Shown here in pieces: positions 57,014-64,000 of a DNA stretch of 64,000 bases. Source of the DNA: Octopus vulgaris (Eukaryota). Location of the stretch: the NCBI GenBank assembly GCA_951406725.2, contig OX597814.1:42842001-42906000 (forward strand), in the 5' to 3' direction. Below the pieces are notes generated by a model. That model was not told where the DNA came from and did no database searches. It saw only the letters and a program-made list of their open reading frames with translations. The position numbers and the translations under genes were made by a program. Every line of letters starts with the position of its first letter. Position 1 is the first letter of the stretch.

Positions 57014-58571
57014 TAATATTTGGATGCATACACAAATACATGCATACATATAGATAGACAGAGAGATAGACATACCAACCTACCTACCTAACTACCTATA
57101 TACATACATAAATGCATATATACATACATAAATACATACATACTTCTAACCAAATTAGGAAAATACAGGATCATGAAGCATTCCGGTAGCTTAATTTCTG
57201 AGACCACTTTCTTATAATAATTAAATACAATCGGATATTTATTTGTTTGCATATTCTATTCTTCTCTACTGCTCTATTGTTGACGACATTGCATAATTAC
57301 ATGAAACCCCTGTGAAATTCTCTCATAAATCAACCTACAGATTTTAACAAATATGAATAAAATGTAGAATGGAAGAATGGTAGTCTCCAAGGCGCTCTCC
57401 AGACACAGAGTTAAACTGTATAAGTCTATTTCTGGGTTATGTGAAGAAAATCATTAATGTGACCAGAATGCGGAAATTTTACGGGAAAATATATACCCAT
57501 GGCTATCCCATGTTTGAAACTATATATATTCTATTAGCAGTTACTACAAGTCTCAGATTAACTATTTCTAGCAGCTATGAAGTGTTGGCGCCGATTTGAA
57601 TAAATGAATATTCGCCAGAGCATGTATTATGAATGTCTTTCTAGATATTATATGAATACAATCTTTCGAGAAAAATGAGTAGCTGCAAAAAGTTGAAAAT
57701 TTTGCCAAGTTTGTTACAAAACATCCGAAATAATCCCGTAATGTTTCATCTGTCATCTGTTATGAAATGTTTCTGACCAGATTTTTTTAATGGAGAAATA
57801 AAAAAAAACTGTTAAAATAGAAAAGGAAACTTTAAAACGTAAATGTGTGTAAACATGAAAGTAATATAATCATCGGAGTCTGAAAGAAAGAAATATATCT
57901 TTTATTTGAAAATGTGAAATAAAATGTTAGAAATGACAGGATGTATGGGTTACAATAATTTAAAACATGACAATTGTGAAGAACTAATGGGCAAAAATAT
58001 GAAAAAAATTGAAAACAACAGGATTTCTAAAACATATTAAATGGGGTAAAGTAAAGGAATATACTGACATTATATTTTAAATTTTATACACGGTATTTCT
58101 AGAAGAATACATGAAAGAATTTATGTATGTGTGTTTTGTTTGAGAAGAATGAATAAAATATGTATAATTAACATATATATTGCAAAATGAAATAAATGTT
58201 CAAAAGAGAATTTGTAGCTTAATGTGTAGTCATTCATACACAAATATAAGAAGTAAAATGCTGATAATAAAAGTGAAAAGTAGAAATTTATTTGCGATAT
58301 AATAAAATAAAAGTGTAAGATATTTTTATCATTGAACTCAATAGTGAATTTAAATGATCATCTTATTTGTTGAGTGCAACACAAAACAACTGCGGATGTA
58401 AACAAGTATAAATATAAATAGAAAAGTATAGATAAAAAAAAGAACAAGCGAAAATTCTAAATTTAAGTTATATTTCAAAAGTAAGTATACAAAGTGCATG
58501 TAGACAAATGTGAAGGAATGTAAATTATATGATAAATAAATATATATCTGGGTATTATGTGTGCATAAATA

Positions 58572-59832
58572 TTGGGTCATCCCATAATTAATGCAGTTTT
58601 TTCACTTGCAAGAAATAAAAGCCGGAAGGGGACGGGATAAACTACCTGCATCAATCAGGTAGTAATTTTACCTTGTACTTATTCTTAGTGCTAAGTTTCA
58701 AGAGTGAAGTTCGATTTCAAAAGATATATTTCCAAGTCTTCATTGGAAGTGACAAAGGTGCATATTCAACATATTTTGCTTTATGATTTCAATAAAGGCA
58801 ACAACGCAAGGGAATGTGCGAAAAATAGTAATGCAGTACATAGGGATGGGACAATAATCGTAAGGCAGACTCAACGGTAGTTCCTGAAATTCCCAGCCGA
58901 AGACCACAGCCTAGAAGACGAACCTCGTCCTGGAAGATCTGTAGAGCTCAACGAGGAAGTCCCGCAAACTCTAGTGGGAGGAAATACAAACGTAACTGTT
59001 GAGGAACTAGCAGAGAAGCTTGGATTTCGTCCTTCAACCATATATAGACACCTGCATGCTATCGAGAAAGTCAGCAAATTGGGTCGATTGATTCCTCACA
59101 AACTTTCCGATGCTAATCATACGCAGAGAGTGAATTTGTGCTTCTCTTTGCTGTAACATCTCACGAATGAACCATTTTTGGACCGAATAGTAACTGGTGA
59201 CGAGAAATGCGTTCTCTATAAATATGTCAAGCGCCGAAGACAATGTGAGAAACACCGGCACCCCAGGCTAAAAAAGGTCTTCACCCATGGGAGTTGTTGT
59301 TATCAGTTTTGTGAAATACGAAAGATTTAATCCACTTTGATATCTAAGCACAAACTAAACGATAACAGAAGAGATCTAGTGCACTACCTTGAGCGGGTTA
59401 AGTTAGTGATAGAAGAAAAACAACCATCTTTGGTCTCAAGACGAAAGGTGTTCTTCCATCAGAATTATGCTCGGCCACATACAGTGTAGATGACATTCGA
59501 AAGGCTGGCGTAGCTTGAATTGGAAACGAAACCATATCCACCATATTCGACGGACATTTCCCCCTCTGATGATAATTTATTCTGCAGTTTGCAAAATCAT
59601 TTGAAGGGAAAGAATATGTAGACGAAGCCACAGCGGTAGTGGAGGAGGGTTTTTCATCCAGGACAAGTGAATTTCGGAAGAGGGGCCTTTAAAACCTTCC
59701 AGATATATGGCAGAACATTGTAGAAAATGAAGGAGAGTATATTTAAGAATTAAAATAATTTTATTTATTTTAATTTTTAAAAAATGTAATAAGTATGAAA
59801 AAAAAAACTACATTATTTATAGGATGACCAAA
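58572..59832 (+). mobile_element. Full-length (1.26 kb) mariner fossil
   Basis: TIRs of about 30 bp, TTGGGTCATCCCATAA…/…TTATAGGATGACCAAA, with TA TSD; LEDEPRPGR, LIPHKL, RIVTGDEK, HQNYARPH, HPPYSTDISPSD. Confidence 0.95.
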
Positions 59833-59881
59833 TATATATATATATTTGTAGGTATCTATGCGTATATATATGTATGTATGA

Positions 59882-59925
<44 letters not shown>

Positions 59926-59954
59926 CAAAATAAAAACATGATGCAAAGGATTTA

Positions 59955-60042
59955 GCGGTACATATGTTTCTGGCGTTTATTAGACGGTTTATATCAATGC
60001 ATAATTGATGTAATTTGTATGCCAATAGCCTTCTTCAGCCAC
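59955..60042 (-). ncRNA. Type I hammerhead ribozyme fold
   Basis: GTGG-CTGAAGA-A-GGC…GCC-A-GAAAC-ATAT-GTA^CCGC. Confidence 0.75.
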
Positions 60043-60314
60043 GTACAATTACTACTTCAAGGACATATATTACATTATAAGTTTGGGAAGAGACGATTTA
60101 CGTTGGGAATGCCAGTCCTCATAGTCGTGTACAACAGAGCGAGGCGCCAAAACAAAACCACATTCTACATCGAGTGAAAAACGGGATGGACGCTTTGGTT
60201 TTGTTTTGGTGCCTCACTCTGTTGTACACGACTATGAGGACTTGCATCCCCAACGTAAATCGTCTTTTTCCCAAACTTATAATGTAATACATGTCCTTGA
60301 AGTAGTAATTGTAC

Positions 60315-60402
60315 GCGGCTGAAGAAGGCTATTGACATACACATTACATCAATTATGCATTGATATAAACCGTCTAATAAAAGCCAGAAACATATGTACC
60401 GC
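60315..60402 (+). ncRNA. Type I hammerhead ribozyme fold with long helix II
   Basis: Helix I GCGG/CCGC; CTGAAGA; helix II GGCT/AGCC with inner ATCAAT/ATTGAT hairpin; GAAA; palindromic ACATATGT; GUA site, cut after 60398. Confidence 0.8.
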
Positions 60403-60503
60403 TAAATCCTTTGCATCGTGTTTTTATTTTGATAAATGTACTCTATCACCTACACTACTAAATGTCATATACAGGTGCTTACAATTATCAAGTATTCACC
60501 CTG

Positions 60504-60572
<69 letters not shown>

Positions 60573-60668
60573 GGAGTAAACACATAAATGTGAAACAAGG
60601 TGGAAAAAAGAGTACTCAAATACCAGTGGTAGAGTAATATGCTTTATTTAAAGCAGCAGAAAATTCAA

Positions 60669-60718
60669 CAAAATCTGTTACTCTGAGTTTCTCGTTGCCG
60701 TTCATCAGACAATTTTTG
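60669..60718 (-). ncRNA. Type I hammerhead ribozyme fold
   Basis: Copy of 61304-61353 with one C-to-T change in helix I that gives a U·G pair. Confidence 0.75.
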
Positions 60719-61303
60719 CTAGAATGGAACCGATATATCAATTCAATCTAGACTCTTACAAACGCTACACCTTTAAAAAAAATGAACTTGTTTGATTGGC
60801 CTTTAGAAATAACGGTCAATCTTCGAGCGATAAACAAAAAAAGCTCAAAAATATATGTATATATATATAAAAAATTATAAAATTCGAGGAAAAAACCTTA
60901 CATTGAATAAAATACATATTGACGTTAATGAAGAAAATATAATTATTGCATAAAAATTAAAACTTATTATAAATATTACACTGCAATACATATTTATATT
61001 AAAGTGTACATATATATATCAACATACACAGAAGGATGCGTGCAAACGCCATACATATACAGACGTATTAATTATATTTTCTTCATTAACGTCAATATGT
61101 ATTTTATTCAACGTAAGATTTTTTCCTCGAATTTTATAATTTTTATAATTTTTTATATATATGCATATATATTTGAGCTTTTTTTGTTTATGGCTCGAAG
61201 ATTGACCGTTATTTATAAAGGGCCAATCAAACAAGTCCATTTTTTTTAAAGGTGTAGCGTTTGTAAGAGTCTAGATTGAATTGATATATCGGTTCCATTC
61301 TAG

Positions 61304-61353
61304 CAAAAACTGTCTGATGAACGGCAACGAGAAACTCAGAGTAACAGATTTTG
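61304..61353 (+). ncRNA. Minimal type I hammerhead ribozyme fold
   Basis: CAAAAACTGT-CTGATGA-A-CG(GCAA)CG-A-GAAACTC-A-GAGTA^ACAGATTTTG; 9 of 10 bp in helix I, GNRA loop on helix II. Confidence 0.8.
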
Positions 61354-61460
61354 TTGAATTTTCTGCTGCTTTAAATAAAGTATATATATACATATATATA
61401 CGTATACAAATACCTATACAGATACATATACGCATGTGTATATGTGGATATGGGCATGTC

Positions 61461-61499
<39 letters not shown>

Positions 61500-62193
61500 A
61501 TGTGTGTAGTGTTAGGTGTAGTATACTGAAATTGAATATTGTGACAAAAGTTGCCAGAATTTGGGAAAAAATTATTTTAAATATCTTATTTTTAGCAGTT
61601 TCTTTCGTTTCTCGAACTTGTGAAATAAAATTTTGTAAATGTACAAATTGCTTCTTCATTTATATAAAACAGATGTTTTTGTAGCTTTTGTTTAGAAAAA
61701 GAGAATTTAGTTTTTTGAGCTTTTTTGTGGGGTGAAGTTACATAACAATATAGATAGAAATATAGGTAGGTAGATAGGCTGATAGATAGATAGATAGATA
61801 AATTGATAGATAGATGGAGATGGAGGAGAGTGAGAGAAGAGGTTTACCACTTCCTATTCATCATTCACTTATTCATTTATTCATTTACTATTGTATTGGG
61901 ATGGGTTTAACTAGGGTGACCTCTTAAAAAAAAAACCCAAAAAGAACAGGTAAGGTATGGTCATCACTGAAAGTTTTTTGCTTTCTTTCCCTCTTCACCA
62001 ATTTTTCTCTTTCGTTCTTTTTTCTTCTTTCTTTCTTTTTACCTCTTTGAGTTATTTTTAGAATACAAAATTCAATTTTGGAGAGAACTTTTGTGATGAA
62101 ATGTAGTTCTGATGAAAAGAACATTAGTATAATATTTAAAAGTATGAAAGAAATTAAGATAAATATATAAAATAAGGTAAAAATATATATATA

Positions 62194-62316
62194 CGAGAGG
62201 TGTATGAAAATTCTTGAGCTGCAAGAACAACAAAACATAGTAAAAGACTTCTGTTGAAGGTACACGATTTCTGACTCAAAGGACTTGATGGTTCAATACT
62301 TTTCATACACACCTCG
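62194..62316. mobile_element. 123-bp mariner-type MITE
   Basis: TA|CGAGAGGTGTATGAAAA…TTTTCATACACACCTCG|TA. Confidence 0.8.
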
Positions 62317-62356
62317 TATATAAAGGCAAAGCTAGGACATCCCAATGCTACACGCA

Positions 62357-62440
<84 letters not shown>

Positions 62441-62443
<3 letters not shown>

Positions 62444-62860
62444 CTCCTGGGGCTACAAGCTACAGTAACACCTACCCTTAGTGGTTAGCCATATTGAGAT
62501 GGCAAGTATACCTCACATTGTCGTGCAGTTACTGGTTATACCTCGTTCAGATGTTTATTATTGCTTGCAGACAGTTTTTCGAAGTCAGTGACGAAAACGA
62601 TAAAAGTATTTGCATTGGGACAACCCTTCATCGAAAACTGGTGATTGTCGTACGCCGACGACAGGTCAGTATCTAGAAACTGCAGTCCGTGCGTATCACT
62701 TAGGTTGACGAGGGAGGGATGACCTCCCTTTGCAAATACCATAAGGTCACAGAAAGTGTGCCTAAAGCCAGCTAGAGACGATGTTCTCCTGGGGGTACAC
62801 GCTAGAGTAACACCCACCATTAGTGGTTGGCCATATTGACATGGCAAGTATACCTCATAT
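62441..62860 (+). mobile_element. 342-nt unit with about 78-bp terminal direct repeats (retrozyme/pLTR-like)
   Basis: Direct repeats 62441-62518 and 62783-62860; (TA)n flanks; degenerate HHR-like motif at 62700-62765. Confidence 0.65.
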
Positions 62861-62861
62861 G

Positions 62862-62904
<43 letters not shown>

Positions 62905-62907
<3 letters not shown>

Positions 62908-63112
62908 GGTCCCGGGTTGATTCGGGGTTAACCACAGTAAATAAGGTACTCAATACATAGCAGAGTAAAAATAATTTATTATATAGAAGGAGCTTCTACA
63001 GGACTAGAACCGTTTCATTCAAGAGAAATCTTCAGAAATCTTCAGAGCTTCCTGAAGATTTCTCTTGAATGAAACAGTTCTAGTCCTGTAGAAGCTCCTT
63101 CTATATAATAAA
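62905..63112. mobile_element. Palindromic mini-element with a hammerhead
   Basis: 61-bp arms 62975-63035 and 63052-63112 with a single mismatch; (TA)n flanks. Confidence 0.85.
63045..63097 (+). ncRNA. Type I hammerhead ribozyme fold
   Basis: GAGCTTC-CTGAAGA-T-TTC(TCTT)GAA-T-GAAACAG(TTCTAGTC)CTGTA^GAAGCTC; 7-bp helix I, 4-bp helix III. Confidence 0.82.
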
Positions 63113-63244
63113 ATATATATATATATATATATATATAGCTAAATATATGTAGAGATTAGCCACATTTCGAATAAAAAATGCAAATTCTCTACTTTACCTT
63201 CAAACATTCAATTTTGGAGAGAATCCCTGGATGAAGTGTGTGTG

Positions 63245-63294
<50 letters not shown>

Positions 63295-63378
63295 TGTGTG
63301 TGCATTATAGAACATAACTATAACACAAACTAGAAAAACACACACAGCTCAGAACATCTCAATGCCATACATATATAC

Positions 63379-63435
<57 letters not shown>

Positions 63436-63436
<1 letters not shown>

Positions 63437-63721
63437 TTTATTTAAAGAGGCAGAAAATTCAACAAAATCTGTTACTCTGAGTTTCTCGTTGCCGTTCATC
63501 AGACAGTTTTTGCTAGAATGGAACCGATATATCAATTCAATCCAGACCCTTACAAACGCTACACCTTTAAAAAAATGGACTTGTTTGATTGGCCCTTTAT
63601 AAATAACGGTTAATCTTCGAGCGATAAACAAAAAAATGAGCTCAAAAATAATGTATATATATATAAAGAAAAATTATAAAAATTATAAATTTCGAGGAAA
63701 AAACCTTACGTTGAATAAAAT
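63436..63721 (-). mobile_element. Third copy of the 60642-60945 arm
   Basis: High identity to 60642-60915; starts right after a (TA)n tract. Confidence 0.9.
63463..63512 (-). ncRNA. Type I hammerhead ribozyme fold
   Basis: Identical to 61304-61353. Confidence 0.8.
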
Positions 63722-64000
63722 AATAATACCTTGCGTACTGGATTGGATAGAAAAAGAAAAAAGTGTATGGCTAAGGATCTTAACAATAAAAATTTTGAAA
63801 TCAGCTGCCAAACCTCATTCTAATCCTATTATCATTAGTGATGGCAAAAATAAGAATATCAGTACGAATAATAGTAAAAATATTATACACGGAAAATGCA
63901 TGCTTATATTGGTATCTGTATACACAATTTTATCGGTTTCTAAATATTCTTTCTTTTTATATATATTATATATTAACTGATGAGTATAAATTAATCTTTA

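Larger units (their letters stand above)
59920..60510. mobile_element. Foldback non-coding element with about 240-bp arms, each carrying a hammerhead
   Basis: Arms 59920-60160 and 60196-60437 with a 35-nt spacer; (TA)n on both sides. Confidence 0.9.
60571..61380. mobile_element. Inverted-repeat non-coding element with about 300-bp arms, each carrying a hammerhead
   Basis: Arms 60642-60945 and 61068-61380; bounded by TA-rich tracts; a third arm copy lies at 63436-63721. Confidence 0.9.

Noticed and set aside
63977-64000. CTGATGA at the window edge as another hammerhead
   Set aside because: Truncated by the window end; the GAAA and helices cannot be seen.

Overview
Very AT-rich animal genomic DNA packed with microsatellites ((TA)n, (TG)n, (AAT)n, (GATA)n). 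The repeat landscape looks like an octopus/coleoid genome; this is an inference from the SINE types and composition. There is no intact long ORF: most of the ORF track is microsatellite artefact or transposon debris. Supported content: decayed Penelope-like elements (PLEs, with RT/GIY-YIG relics), R4/Dong-like and RTE-like LINE fragments, several tRNA-headed SINE families, mariner/Tc1 fossils and MITEs, a Merlin-like foldback element, a 2.2-kb ORF1-only retroelement with a 17-bp TSD, and at least two probable + strand exons of an unidentified gene. The most striking signal is a dense set of type I hammerhead-ribozyme (HHR) folds. At least six copies with a complete core, from three distinct short families, lie in the last 4 kb. 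They are arranged as head-to-head inverted repeats embedded in (TA)n tracts. More degenerate copies occur in PLE pseudo-LTRs, in a 342-nt retrozyme-like unit and in the tail of a tRNA-headed SINE. All folds were read by eye; cleavage activity is untested.
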